DNA of 64,000 nt from Octopus vulgaris (GCA_951406725.2 OX597834.1:8246001-8310000); one strand, 5' to 3'. Positions 1 through 11,824 are shown, numbered from the stretch's first letter. Notes: generated from the sequence alone by a model not told the origin. Numbers and translations: made by a program.

Positions 1-764
1 ACACACATATATATATATATAAAAATATATATACTTATGGTATATTCTGTTAAGAACGTAGCAGACTAGAGTATAAGATTCGTCCACATTCAGATTTTGC
101 GTTTGGACATATGTCGTGTGTGAATATGTAATTGAAAAATTTGGAGGCAACAAGAAGTGGTACAGTTGGATAATTATTTTTTAAACACTACATATATATA
201 TATATATATATGTGCGTGTGTGTACGAGCGTGTGCGTGTGTGTGCGTGTTTACATATATATATATAGCTTGTCTTTGAAATATATAATTATGTTACGATC
301 TGCTAATATGTAACATTTAGTGCACCAGTGTTCATTTAGAATATTTTATTTGCATTTCCATAATTGAATGAAAAAAAAACTGTTACGATTATATTTCAGA
401 ATGCATTTTCGTTGCTTTGATTATTACATCATATAATGTACTTGATTGTGAGTAAGTGTTAATGCGTATAATCTATTCGTTGTTGTAATGAATGATAATA
501 CACTCCATAGATGTTAATATATAATGTTAAATGCAGGCTATCTCCTTGATACACCTTCAGGAATGCGTAGCATATTTTTGTTAGCTTTGCCCATGTTATG
601 TCGGGTATTGCATGGTGCGTGTTATTGTTCAGTTACACGCTCTCCAAAAGTATCTACGCTTTCTAGAACTTCTCCTTTGCACGTGACGTCTAGGCCGCTG
701 ATCTTTTGGAAATATAAACGTAATTTTTGATTGAAATTCTACAATGTGAAATAATAAATATAGT

Positions 765-944
765 TAAGTTAATGTTTTTGGCTCAAAAAGCAAAAAGCAT
801 GGCCATGTAGGGGGGCATTGAGTTATGTACTGGGAGGGTGTTCATGCAAAGAGTTCAGGCCATTTCTGGTCAAGAGAGACTTTGAACCGAGCGGTCGTCG
901 GCATCTTCACTATCTCGTCCGGCAGCTTATTCCACGGATCCGCA
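765..944 (-). mobile_element. CR1-clade LINE 3' terminal fragment (ORF2 C-terminus + 3' UTR)
   Basis: Manual minus-strand translation of 944-842 gives ADPWNKLPDEIVKMPTTARFKVSLDQKWPELFA*, matching the WNxLPxxxV...FKxxLD end of CR1 ORF2. Confidence 0.75.
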
Positions 945-1135
945 AATATGTTAGATAATACAGCTATGATTTAAAGGGCAGGAAGCTGAAACTCGTACGA
1001 CTACGATCCTCAACCACCAGGGATGAGCTGATACCTAAAAATAACAAATTGAATAAAAATGGTATTTTTGTTTCTGTAAACTTAAAAGAAATACTAAAAT
1101 TATTGCTATACTTGCATTGAACAGTTCTATTATGT

Positions 1136-1519
1136 GGAGGCGCAATGGGCCAGTGTTTAGGGCAGCGGACTCGCGGTCATAGGATCGCGGTTTCGATTGC
1201 CAGACCGGGCGTTGTGAGTGTTTATTGAACGAAAACACCTAAAGCTCCACGAGGCTCATGCAGGGGATGGTGGTGATTCCTGCTGTACTTTTTCACCACA
1301 ACTTTCTCTCACTCTTACTTCCTGTTTCTGTTGTACCTGTATTTCAAGGGGCCGGCCTTGTCACTCTCTTTGTCACGCTGAATATCCCCGAGAACTACAT
1401 TAAGGATACACGTGTCTGTGGAGTGTTCAGCCACTTACATGTTAATTCCACGAGCAAGCTGTTCTGTTGATTCGGATCAACCGGAACCCTCGTCGTCGTA
1501 ACCGACGGAGTGATTCCAC
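1136..1519 (+). mobile_element. tRNA-derived SINE family A with target-site duplication
   Basis: tRNA-like head (GGAGGCGCAATGGGCCAGTG...GGTTTCGATT); near-identical to copies at 7696 and 33770; flanked by direct repeat TCTATTATGT (1126-1135, 1520-1529). Confidence 0.9.
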
Positions 1520-1919
1520 TCTATTATGTAGAATAGAAGGACGGTGAAAACAAGATTTCGATATAATATTTGACACAGTACTTCAACACATATAAAGAAT
1601 CATAAATAAAATAGAAGCATATGATGATAAACATTTGCTTTTCTCACATTATGGTTTTCAGCCTGGGGCCCTTTTTTTAGCTCTTTGTGTTCATTTATAT
1701 TTCAGTGAAAATTAACAAAGAGCATGGCGATATAGATTTGTTCTGCGGCAGTTGATACAAATACCGCAATAGACAATATATAAACAAAACTAGAATGAAC
1801 AATAATAACTTTAACCATTCCGAACCATTCTAAAAATAATAAAAATCAAATTTTTATTGAAATAATTGAAAATAGAACGAATATTTCATGCAAATATGCG
1901 TGTGCGTTCGCATGTTTGT

Positions 1920-2085
1920 ATGGAGGTACGTGGCTTAGTACGGAGAACGTTCGGAGTATTAAGTCCATAAAGTGGATCATACAAGATTATGAGATTGTTG
2001 TTTCGATTCCTGGAGATGCAGGCGTGTTGCATTCTTGCGATAAACATTTCATTTCATTTTCATTGAGTCAACTCAACAGGAAAAA
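1920..2085 (+). mobile_element. degenerate tRNA/CORE-like SINE (related to family D)
   Basis: GGAGGTACGTGGCTTAG head, TTTCGATTCC B-box-like motif, then GTGTTGCATTCTTGCGATAAACATTTCATTTCA resembling 55410-55446. Confidence 0.5.
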
Positions 2086-2144
2086 TAACTTGCGAGACTA
2101 TAGCACACGTGTGTGTGTGTGTGTGTGTTTTATGTGCCTGTGTA

Positions 2145-2190
<46 letters not shown>

Positions 2191-2194
<4 letters not shown>

Positions 2195-2740
2195 AGAAAT
2201 TAAAAAAGGAAAATACACACACTTGCGTAGTTTTAATATAATTTTTAATATATCGACCGGTTTCGCTATCGTTATTCATGATATTATGTTTTACTTATTT
2301 GAATATATATTTTTTCTTAGGAAGAAATTTGGTCCATGTTGTGTGTGATGAAATTCACGAGTGAATGACTTCACAAGTAGATAATTATAGGTTGTTAATT
2401 GGTTGTTATTATCGTTATTGTTGTGTATAAGGGAGATAACTGTTCAGTTTTCGGTAATGGGTGGGGATTAAATACGTGAACAGAACAGAGACAGGTTTTA
2501 AAAACCTTGTTTAGTAGGGGATTTATGTACAGTGATGTAATCATGAATTGAAATATGTAAAATATAAAAGTTGGTCATGCGTGCATATTAAGACGTGTTT
2601 TGTATTTTTCAATGAAAAAAGTTTCTTTATTTAAACGTTCTAGTTGAGAGATTGCGTCTTTGCACTGGAAGAAAGGGAAGACTGTGAATTTGGTTTGATG
2701 TTACCTGCACATTTTTCTATATGTTCACTGAGAGGAATTT
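2191..2740 (-). mobile_element. Penelope-like element 3' remnant (GIY-YIG endonuclease C-terminus + 3' UTR) in (TA)n
   Basis: Manual translation of 2738-2575 with one frameshift: IPLSEHIEKCAGNIKP/FTVFPFFQCKDAISQLERLNKETFFIEKYKTRLNMHA*, fitting the PLE H..C...FxxFP...R...ExxFIxxxxxxLN terminus. GAAACCGGTC (hammerhead 3' half) lies at about 2264-2255. TA tracts on both sides. Confidence 0.7.
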
Positions 2741-2811
2741 ACATATATATATATATATATGTGTATGTGTATGTGTGTGTGTGTGTGTGTGTGTGCGTTC
2801 GTTCTTCCTTT

Positions 2812-3029
2812 TGTTTATTCTTTCACTTGTTCCAGTCATGTGATTTCAGCCAAGCTGGAGCACCACATTTTAGTCGAATAAATCGGCAACAGGACTTATA
2901 TCATTTAAAACTTGGTACTTATTCTCTCTGACTTTTGCCGAGCCGCTAAATTACGGGGACGTAAACACACCAACACCGGTTGTCAAGCAGTGGTGTTTGC
3001 GGGGGGCCATACACAATGGCAAAGACACG

Positions 3030-3065
<36 letters not shown>

Positions 3066-3620
3066 CACAGGAATGGATGTGTGGTAAGTAGCTTGCTTAC
3101 CAACCACATGGTTCCGGGTTCAGTCCCACTGCGTGGCACCTTGGGCAAGTGTCTTCTACTATAGCCTCGGGCCGACCAAAGCCTCGTGAGTGGAATGGTA
3201 GACGGAAACTGAAAGAAGCTCGTCGTATATATGTGTATATATATGTGTGCATGCATTTTTGTGTGTCTGTGTTTGTCCCTCTAGCATTGCTTGTGTGTTT
3301 ATGTTCCCGTTATTTAGCGGTTCGGCAAAAGAGACCGACAGAATAAGTACTGGACTCACAAAGAATAAGTGCCGGGGTCGATTGCTTGACTAAAGGCGGT
3401 GCTCCAGCATGGCCGCAGTCAAATGACTGAAACAAGTAAAAGAGTAAAGAGTATATACATACATATTCGTTGGGGTTCTTTCAGTTTCTATCTACCAAAT
3501 CCGCCCACAAGTCTTTCGTCGGCCCGAAGGTAGAGTAAAACACAACTACCAAAGATGCCACGCAGTCGGATTGAACCCAGACAAATGGGGTTGGGAAGCA
3601 AGCATCTTACCACACACCTA
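2812..3620 (-). mobile_element. SINE family B (older copy) split at its internal TA tract by a younger + strand family B copy
   Basis: 3' half at about 2812-3030 and 5' half at about 3470-3620, both on the minus strand and collinear with intact copies such as 12551-12966. Confidence 0.75.
3062..3452 (+). mobile_element. SINE family B, full length
   Basis: Head AGGCACAGGAATGGATGTGTGGTAAG...GGTTCAGTCCC, CORE-like CCTTGGGCAAGTGTCTT, internal TA/TG tract, tail CAGCATGGCCGCAGTCAAATGACTGAAACAAGTAAAAGAG; more than 15 copies in the window. Confidence 0.9.
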
Positions 3621-4601
3621 TAGCATTGAAAAATGGAAGGGATGGAAAAGTATAGATTCTTGTGTTCTCTAATTTATTCGCTATCCTAAAACTCTACCAA
3701 AACCTGCCTGTAGCCATTCTAGATTAAATTATTTTCTGAATCTTTACGTCTTTTGTTTTGGTCATTAGGTCGTCAGTGCTGCAGTCGTTATGGTGTCATA
3801 GTCACCGATATTATTATTATTATTATTATTGTTTTTCTTGTTGCTACTGCAGATTTGTTCATGTTGTTTTCGTTGTTGGTGATGACGTTGCTGCGGTTAC
3901 TGCAGTTGTTTTTTGTTTCATAAATAACCATTCAACAGCTTTTCTTTCTGTCACTGAGCTGAATTAGACATTTTGAAGAAAAGAAATTAAAAAAATATCA
4001 TAAAAATATTATAAAAATGTTGGCGTAAAGGGTCCTTTTTTTGTCTCATTTTTATATATATATTTGTTATATACGGTTTGTTTTAGAATTATTTTCTTTG
4101 ATTTTGTGCTATTTTCGTGCCGTTTTATTATTATTATTTATTATTTTTTTGCAGGTAATGGTGTTTGGTTTAATTCAAATTTATTCTTGATCCTTGATGA
4201 GACTCCAACTGCGGATGATTGATGCTTAATTATAATCAGGAATTAAAGTGAAAAAGGAAAAGTGAAAAAAAAAAAAAAAATTCCTACAAAATTAACGAAA
4301 GAATTTCAAAAAACAAGATACGCTTTTGTCTAATTTCATAAACGGTTCTGCTTCAGTGGCAAATATGGACTGCGTAAAGATTACAGAAACCTCTGTTTAG
4401 GCTTACACACATTTTTCTTGAATAATTTATTGGTGTTCTATTTTGCATTTCTCTTTTTTTAAAACTCATATTAGTCACTTAATATTTGCCAGTATTGCAC
4501 AGATATTGTTAATTTTGATAATGTTCATATTGTTATACAAGATATGTGCTGATGTTATTGACATTTTTATTGCTGTTGTTAGCAATGTTGCTGATAATTT
4601 C

Positions 4602-5030
4602 AAGGCGGCGAGCTGGCAGAATTGTCAGCACGCCGGGGAAATGCTTAGCGGCTTTTCGTCCGTCTGCATGTTATGAGTTCAAATTCTACAAAGGTCAACA
4701 TTGCTTTTCATCCGTTCTGAATCAGCAATAACATTTTACTTGAGCACTGGGGTCGATGTAATTCACAATTCTCATCACTCGAAATTTCAGGCCTTATGTC
4801 TTCAGCAGAAACCTTCATTAAAATTGTTGAAAAGGCGGCGAGCTAGCAGAAACGTTAGCAGGCCGGGCGAAATGCTTAGCGGTAATTCGTTTGTCTTTAC
4901 GTTCTCAGTTCAAATTCCGCCGACGTCGACTTTGCCTTTCATCCTTTCGGAGTCGATAAATTGAGTACCAGTTGCGTACTGGGGTCAATCCAATCGACTA
5001 ACCCCCTCCCCCAAAATGTCAGGCCTTGTC
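4602..5030 (+). mobile_element. two tandem SINE family C copies (about 4602-4815 and 4832-5030)
   Basis: AAGGCGGCGAGCTGGCAGAA head, GTTCAAATTC B box, central GCCTTTCATCCTTTCGGAGTCGATAAATTGAGTACCAG domain (resembles the MetaSINE/Sauria-type conserved domain). Confidence 0.85.
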
Positions 5031-5115
5031 CGTGGCTGGAGTGTATATCAGCCGAAACGTTGTGTTAACAAGAAACAAGATGAGGACAAATATCCGTCAA
5101 ATGTAAATAATGTAA

Positions 5116-5165
<50 letters not shown>

Positions 5166-5457
5166 ATATCTATCTATCTATCTATCTATCTATCCGCTCA
5201 GTCGAAGTCGACTCTCGGTTACTCGTTGGATCAGTGTCCTCCAGTCAGTTCTATCCTGGGCCGCTTCTTTCAGATTGGCTATGTCCAATTCGGTATTACT
5301 CTTGATGGTGTCAAGCCAGCGGGTTCTTGATCGGCCTCTTCCTCTCTTGCCACTGACCATTCCGAGCATGATGTCCTTCTCCAGGGATTTTTTCCGCATA
5401 ATATGTAAATAATGTAAATAACGTACGTAATTCCTCATCTCTTAAAAATAGAACTGT
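5031..5457 (+). mobile_element. 5'-truncated copy of the hammerhead-bearing element (cf. 46937-47260), interrupted by an RTE fragment
   Basis: 5034-5117 GGCTGGAGTGTATATCAGCCGAAACGTTGTGTTAAC...ATCCGTCAAATGTAAATAATGTAAAT matches the reverse complement of 46941-47024. Confidence 0.8.
5118..5402 (-). mobile_element. RTE-clade LINE 3' fragment with (TAGA)n tail and 17-bp TSD
   Basis: ORF 5190-5438(-) contains HIMRKKSLEKDIMLGMVSGKRGRGRSRTRWLD...AQDRTDWR, the typical RTE/BovB C-terminus. ATGTAAATAATGTAAAT is duplicated at 5101-5117 and 5403-5419. Confidence 0.9.
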
Positions 5458-5648
5458 ATTATAAACACTGCTGACAGAAATATCGAAACCCTTATTGTGG
5501 CTAGGCTTTCTGTTGTTGATGAAATGATGTTTATGTTGTTGGTACTATTAATTAGTATTACTAACTTTCTATGTACTCACCATCCCGACTATTGTGGTTT
5601 CTATTGCTATTTTAGTTGTTACTAATAAAGTTTTCTATATTTTTGATA

Positions 5649-5812
5649 CAGGCGCAGGAGTGGCTGTGTGGTAAGTAGCTTGCTTACCAACCACACGGTT
5701 CCGGGTTCAGTCCCACTGCGTGGCAACTTGGGCAAGTGTCTTCTACTATAGCTTTGGGCCGACCAAAGTCTTGTGAGTGGATTTGGTAGACGGAAACTGA
5801 AAGAAGCCCGTC

Positions 5813-5857
<45 letters not shown>

Positions 5858-5967
5858 CCTGCTCGCTTAACCAGCGGGGTGGCGTCATTTGAAGGCTAAA
5901 ACAATGCGAGCGCATTGTGACCAGTGATGTGTAACAACATCTGATGGTCTGGTCGGTCCCGTGATCC

Positions 5968-6039
<72 letters not shown>

Positions 6040-6270
6040 GTATATGTGTGTGTGTTTGTCCCCCCCCCCCAACATCACTTGACAACCGATGCTGATGTCT
6101 TTACGCCCCGATACATAGCGGTTCGGCAAAAAAGACCGATAGAATAAGTACTAGGCTTACAAAGAATAAGTTTTGGGATCGATTTGCTCGACTAAAAAGG
6201 CGGTGCTCCAGCATGGCCGCAGTCAAATGACTGAAACAAGTAAACGAGTAAACGAGTAAACGAGTAAACG
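5649..6270 (+). mobile_element. SINE family B with a ~120-bp foreign insert (5854-5972) in its TA tract
   Basis: Both SINE halves present. The insert TGGCCTGCTCGC...GGTCCCGTGATCCCGTGAT is absent from other copies and is flanked by (TA)n. Confidence 0.85.
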
Positions 6271-6809
6271 AGATGCCTGTGTTCATATTGGTACTGGTAT
6301 TCATGTCATTTCTGACAGTGGTCATGTTGTTGATGATTATGTTATTTTTTGTTTATAGCTATTTCACAATTATGTCTTTGGTGTTATGATGTTTGCTGTT
6401 GCATTCTTCATTGCTGCTGCAATATTTTATCTCGCTGGCTCTTCCTCATACACGATCAGACTATGCGGAGGTGTTTCACACATTACGAAGATAACAATGG
6501 CAATGCAATAGAATGCACTGAGGCTCACAATTAAACAGGATAACAGAAACGAAAGCACACAGCTCCAGGGTGAAATTCCACAGGAAGATAGGATGATAAG
6601 TAGGTGTAGCGGCCCACGCGTGTACATAGCAATGAAATTCATATGGTGCTTATATTACAATATCAGCGATTACGTGACTACATATTATCAGATATGATGA
6701 ATGCAGACAGAAGTATTTTTTCCTAATGCAAACTGCTACTGTTCTGGATTATACGCACCCTTTATCGTGAAAATATAGATTCTGAGTCACATACTCGTAA
6801 GTGTAGTGA

Positions 6810-7043
6810 AGACGATGATGATGATGATGACGATGATGGTTATCATCATCGTCGTCATCACCATCATCATCATCCTTCTCCTCCTCCTCCTCCTCCTCCT
6901 CATCATCATCATCATCATCGTCATCGTCATCATCATCATCATCATCATCATCATCACCATCATCATCGTCATCGTCATCAACATCATCATCATCCTTCTC
7001 CTCCTCCTCCTCCTCCTCATCATCATCATCGTCATCGTCATCG

Positions 7044-7120
<77 letters not shown>

Positions 7121-7124
7121 GTCG

Positions 7125-7166
<42 letters not shown>

Positions 7167-7265
7167 CCTTCCTCCTCCTCATCATCATCATCACCAACCT
7201 CTTCCTCCTCCACCTCCTCCTCCTCATCATCATTATCATAATCACCATCATCATCATCATCATCG
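6810..7265. repeat. compound (CAT)n/(CTC)n microsatellite with an internal ~120-bp duplication
   Basis: Directly visible; produces the poly-D/E, poly-M and poly-I pseudo-ORFs. Confidence 0.95.
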
Positions 7266-7329
7266 GTATCTTCATTGTCAACTTCATTAATATCTTCCTT
7301 ACTATTACTACCATTATTTTTCCTGTTGT

Positions 7330-8757
7330 TGCTGTTGTCTTACTTCTCAGAGCGCTCCATTTTATTTGCTCTGGTTGGTTTCGTGAGGGCGGACAGCATC
7401 CAGTTGTAAGAGTTCTCACAGGATCTCTTTTCACACACTACAAGCTGTGGTACTTGGTTGTTAATTATCATGGGAGACATTCAACAACCAAGTACCAACC
7501 TGGAGAACCTAACTGTCCACTGCAGAGCCATTCTTAGGACCTGCTCAGCTCTTGTGTCAATTCCAATTTCTCAGACATGTTCCTCGAACTTGGCAGTTAG
7601 TGCTCCGATTGCCCCTACAACTACCAGAACGACACTCACTCGCCTCATAGTCCAAATTCTTGCAATTTCGTCTTTTAGTATTCTATTCTTTTCCGGTGGA
7701 GGCGCAATGACCCAGTGGTTAGGGCAGCGGACTCGCGGTCATAGGACCGCGGTTTCGATTCCCAGACCAGGCGTTGTGAGTGTTTATTGAGCGAAAACAC
7801 CTACAGCTCCACGAGGCTCCGGCAGGGGATGGCGGTGATCCCTGCTGTACTCTTTCACCACAACTTTCTCTCACTCTTACTTCCTGTTTCTGTTGTACCT
7901 GTACTTCAAAGGGCCGGCCTTGTCACTCTCTGTGTCACGCTGAATATCCCCGAGAACTACGTTAAGGGTACACGTGTCTGTGGAGTACCTGTATTTCAAA
8001 GGGCCTGCCTTGTCACTCGCTGTGTCACGCTGAATATCCCCGAGAACTACGTTAAGGGTACACGGTTCTGTGGAGTACCTGTATTTCAAAGGGTCGGCCT
8101 TGTCACTCTCTGTGTCACGCTGAATATCCCCGAGAACTACGGTAAGTGTACACGTGTCTGTGGAGTACCTGTATTTCAAAGGGCCGGCCTTGTCACTCTC
8201 TGTGTCACGCTGAATATCCCCGAGAACTACGTTAAGGGTACACGTGTCTGTGGAGTACCTGTATTTCAAAGGGCCGGCCTTGTCACTCTCTGTGTCACGC
8301 TGAATATCCGCGAGAACTACGTTAAGTGTACACGTGTTTGTGGAGTGCTCAGCCACTTACAAGTAAATTCATGAGCAGGCTGTTCCGTTGATTCGGATCA
8401 ACCGGAACCCTCGTCGTCGTAACCGACGGAGTGCTTCCATCCATCCATATTCTTTTCCGAATTCTCTAGTCCTTTGTCACTTATTCATCCCCTGTTATTG
8501 CAATGTTTATAATCTTTGTTTCCTTTATGACTTTTTCTTACCACAGCAACGTCCGGTCCCCGAGCAACGATAAGGGAAGTCACATTTGACCGTAAAATCC
8601 CACCGTATCTTATATTCATTATTCTCGGTAACCACTTCTGGCTCATGTTCGTACACTTTCTGTGCTCTGTCCAGGTCGTACTTTTTACAGTCTCCAATAA
8701 GCAAGCTTAGCCACGTGATCTTGCCTCCTTTTGTAGTGCTGCTTTTGGGCCAGTTCA
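7330..8757 (-). mobile_element. degenerate R4/Dong-type (REL endonuclease) LINE 3' part, interrupted by SINE A
   Basis: Minus-strand pieces ELAQKQHYKRRQDHVA / CKKYDLDRAQKVYEHEPEVVTENNEYKIRWDFTVKCD / IVARGPDVAVV; after the SINE, LKDEIARIWTMRRVSVVLVVVGAIGAL. These match the RHD, WD, PD and C-terminal motifs of REL LINEs. Confidence 0.8.
7696..8447 (+). mobile_element. SINE family A with five tandem copies of an internal 90-bp segment; 12-bp TSD
   Basis: TATTCTTTTCCG at 7684-7695 and 8448-8459; unit GTACCTGTA...GTGGA repeats with 90-bp period from about 7895 to 8345. Confidence 0.92.
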
Positions 8758-8758
8758 C

Positions 8759-8823
<65 letters not shown>

Positions 8824-8845
8824 GTAGTAGAAATAGTAGTAATAT

Positions 8846-8884
<39 letters not shown>

Positions 8885-8892
8885 AAGTTGTA

Positions 8893-8932
<40 letters not shown>

Positions 8933-8997
8933 AAATTGTAGTAGTAGTAGTAGAAATTGTAGTAGTAGTAGTAGTAGTAGTGGTAGTAGAAATTGTT

Positions 8998-9058
<61 letters not shown>

Positions 9059-9070
9059 CAGCAGCAGCAG
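8758..9070. repeat. (TAT)n/(TAG)n microsatellite
   Basis: Directly visible. Confidence 0.95.
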
Positions 9071-9234
9071 TCATATACACTCAACAGATTAAACTCTGAT
9101 TATCTACTACTACTAAATCAGACTTTCTAGCTTCTATTACTCTGTCAGTCTGAACGTTAAAGTCCCAAGACATCTTGTACTTCATACTTACTAGTACTTT
9201 AGTAGGTTCATGTTCATACCATTTATCAGTATGA

Positions 9235-9632
9235 AAGGAGGAGGAGAGAGTTTCGAGTATCTAAGCGTATTAGAATCTGACAGAATACAAACTAAAGAAA
9301 TGAAAACGAAAATTGAGGAGGTGTACATCAGAAGGGCGCGGAAGCTACTACTACTACAACTGCTGCAGCTGCTGCTATTACTGCTACAACTCCTACTACT
9401 ATTACTACTACTACTACTACTACTACCACTACTACTACTACAATTTCTAAGCTAAATTGTCCGAATTTAGTGAAATCTGTAAGTACTTGGGCAGTATCAT
9501 TACTTAGATACTCAGCAGCATTTGTAGAGTGGAGAACAACTGAATTAGCAAAGCTAGACTGAAGAACTAGGAAGAAATTGAATATGAATGGAGGATTCCA
9601 CCCAAGGGCAGGAGGAGCAAGATTACACTTAA
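9235..9632 (+). mobile_element. R4/Dong-type LINE RT-thumb fragment with (CTA)n expansion
   Basis: ESFEYLSVLESDRIQTKEMKTKIEEVYIRRARKLL-[CTA tract]-SKLNCPNLVKSVSTWAVSLLRYSAAFVEWRTTELAKLD*RTRKKLNMNGGFHPRA; collinear with the 45150-45330 region of the long copy. Confidence 0.8.
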
Positions 9633-9903
9633 CTTAGATCTTGTCTTAAAATCTTCACTTTATGTTTGTGCTCTTTTTGTCCACATTTGCTCTTTTAAAT
9701 CTTTTCTTGTGATAGATAAATAAGTTTGTATCTTCTATATTTTTAGTATCGTTACTGACAACAGCATCTACGTTCCAAGTCATTTCTCGTACCTTCCTTC
9801 TGTGGATGTCTTTTAATGCAGGCAATATTTTTCTTTATTATTATTATTATTATCATTATTATCATCATCATCATCATCATCATTATTATTATTATTATTA
9901 TCA

Positions 9904-9986
<83 letters not shown>

Positions 9987-10021
9987 ATTATAATTATTAT
10001 TATTATTATTATTATTATTAT

Positions 10022-10458
10022 CATCACTTTTATGATCAACTGCTTCTAATTCGATTTCCTTTTTTTTGCCGAGTGTCTTCCTGACATCTAGGGCAGAAAA
10101 ACGCACTGTTACAGATCTGTAGGCCATTAAAATGATTGCTCATTTACAAAGTCAAGTGATAGAAAAGAAGGTGAAGAAGGACAGACAGAAAAACGGGAAA
10201 ATATAAAATATAGTAAATATTACTATATTATACTTAAATAAAGTAAACACATAAAATAAGATGATATAAAGAGCAAACAAAGAAAGACAACTCACAGCGA
10301 CAATGCTCTACTGAATACGTATGACGTAACAGTTAATACAATATTTGCACTTCCTGCATGGATGTTACTCCAGGGATCAATCTCAAATAGTTTTCAATTC
10401 GTTTTTGATCATTCCAAGCGCTCCTACAATTATTGCCATTGTAACCGTCTTTAGGTGC
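10022..10458 (-). mobile_element. R4/Dong-type LINE 3' end (second family) followed by a (TAA)n tail at 9835-10021
   Basis: Minus-strand pieces IIVGALGMIK / ENYLRLIPGVTSMQEVQ / IVLTVTSYVFSRALSL*, then a 3' UTR ending GGAAGACACTCGGCAA... Confidence 0.75.
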
Positions 10459-10540
<82 letters not shown>

Positions 10541-10910
10541 TTTATCATTATTATTATTTTTTTTTTCTTTCAAATTTTCTTCCATTTCTTGCCGAGTGTC
10601 TTCCCGACTCCTATGGCAAAGAAACTCATAGTGTATAGGAGTCGGGAAGACACTCGGCAAGAAATGGAAGAAAATTTGAAAGAAGAAAAAAAAATAATAA
10701 TAATAATAATAATGATAAAAATAATAATAATAATAATAATAATAATAGCACCTAAAGACGGTTTCAATGACAATAATTGTAGGAGCGCTTGGAATGACCA
10801 AAAACGAATTGAAAATTATTTGAGATTGATCCCTGGAGTAACATCCATGCAGGAAGTGCAAATATTGTATTAACTGTTACGTCATACGTATTCAGTAGAG
10901 CATTGTCGCT
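10296..10910. repeat. long inverted repeat (arms about 320/275 bp, 20-nt loop) made of LINE 3' pieces and TAA tracts
   Basis: 10296-10614 is the reverse complement of 10635-10910 apart from a few substitutions and TAA copy number. Confidence 0.92.
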
Positions 10911-10932
10911 TATCTTTATTATTAGTATTATT

Positions 10933-10990
<58 letters not shown>

Positions 10991-11005
10991 TTATCATCAT
11001 CATCG

Positions 11006-11093
<88 letters not shown>

Positions 11094-11100
11094 CATTATT

Positions 11101-11351
11101 CAGTAATTTCATTTTTATAGCGTGCTTTCACTTCACTACCGAGCACAGATCTGTGTGCCTTGGGTATGTGCTGTGATTTGTTGTGATGCTCTGATGGTTA
11201 CTGTATTGAAAGTGTTTTGCGTAGGATGTGTGCTGTGCCTAGTAGTGCAATTTTCTGTATGTTATATGGGTTTGTAAGTCCTGGTGTTTTTGTTATGCAT
11301 TATTTTTTATCAAACCTAATGCGCCTACTATGATGGGGATTGTTTCTGTTT
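11101..11351 (-). mobile_element. 3' end of the same R4/Dong family as 44693-46530, in (TAA)n
   Basis: Reverse complement closely matches 46300-46530 (ETIPIIVGALG...QKIALLGTAHILRKTLSIQ* plus 3' UTR); ATT repeats on both sides. Confidence 0.9.
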
Positions 11352-11574
11352 ATAGATTTATTATTATTATTATTATGATCATTATTATTATTATTATTGA
11401 GTGAAAGAGCAGTGCACACCAACAAAGTGACACTGCGGTACAAATATATGAAGTCCATCATAATCATCATCGTCTGATAGGTGTACACCAGGCACATGCA
11501 TCGCAACAACATGTGCGTCACATGGTGAAATCATATCAAGGTAAATTGCACATGATCTTGCAGGACATGTAACA

Positions 11575-11681
11575 GTAACAGTAGTAGTAGCAGCAGCAGC
11601 AGCAGTAGTAGTATTATTATTAGTAGTAGTATTAGTAGTAGTAGTATTAGTATTAGTATTAGTAGTAGTAGTAGTAGTAGC

Positions 11682-11713
<32 letters not shown>

Positions 11714-11773
11714 CAGTAGCAGTAGTATTAGTAGTAGTATTAGTAGTAGTAGCAGTAGTAGTAGTAGTAGTAT

Positions 11774-11823
<50 letters not shown>

Positions 11824-11824
11824 A
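11575..11824. repeat. (TAG)n microsatellite
   Basis: Directly visible. Confidence 0.95.

Noticed and set aside
6749-7537. Long poly-D/E, poly-M and poly-I ORFs
   Set aside because: Translations of CAT/CTC microsatellite, open in several frames, with no domain content.
7787-8374. 195-aa ORF with 30-aa repeats
   Set aside because: Lies entirely within SINE A and its 90-bp amplification.
11399-11565. Unique segment between ATT and TAG tracts, possibly another LINE 3' UTR
   Set aside because: No second copy or coding motif in the window to support it.
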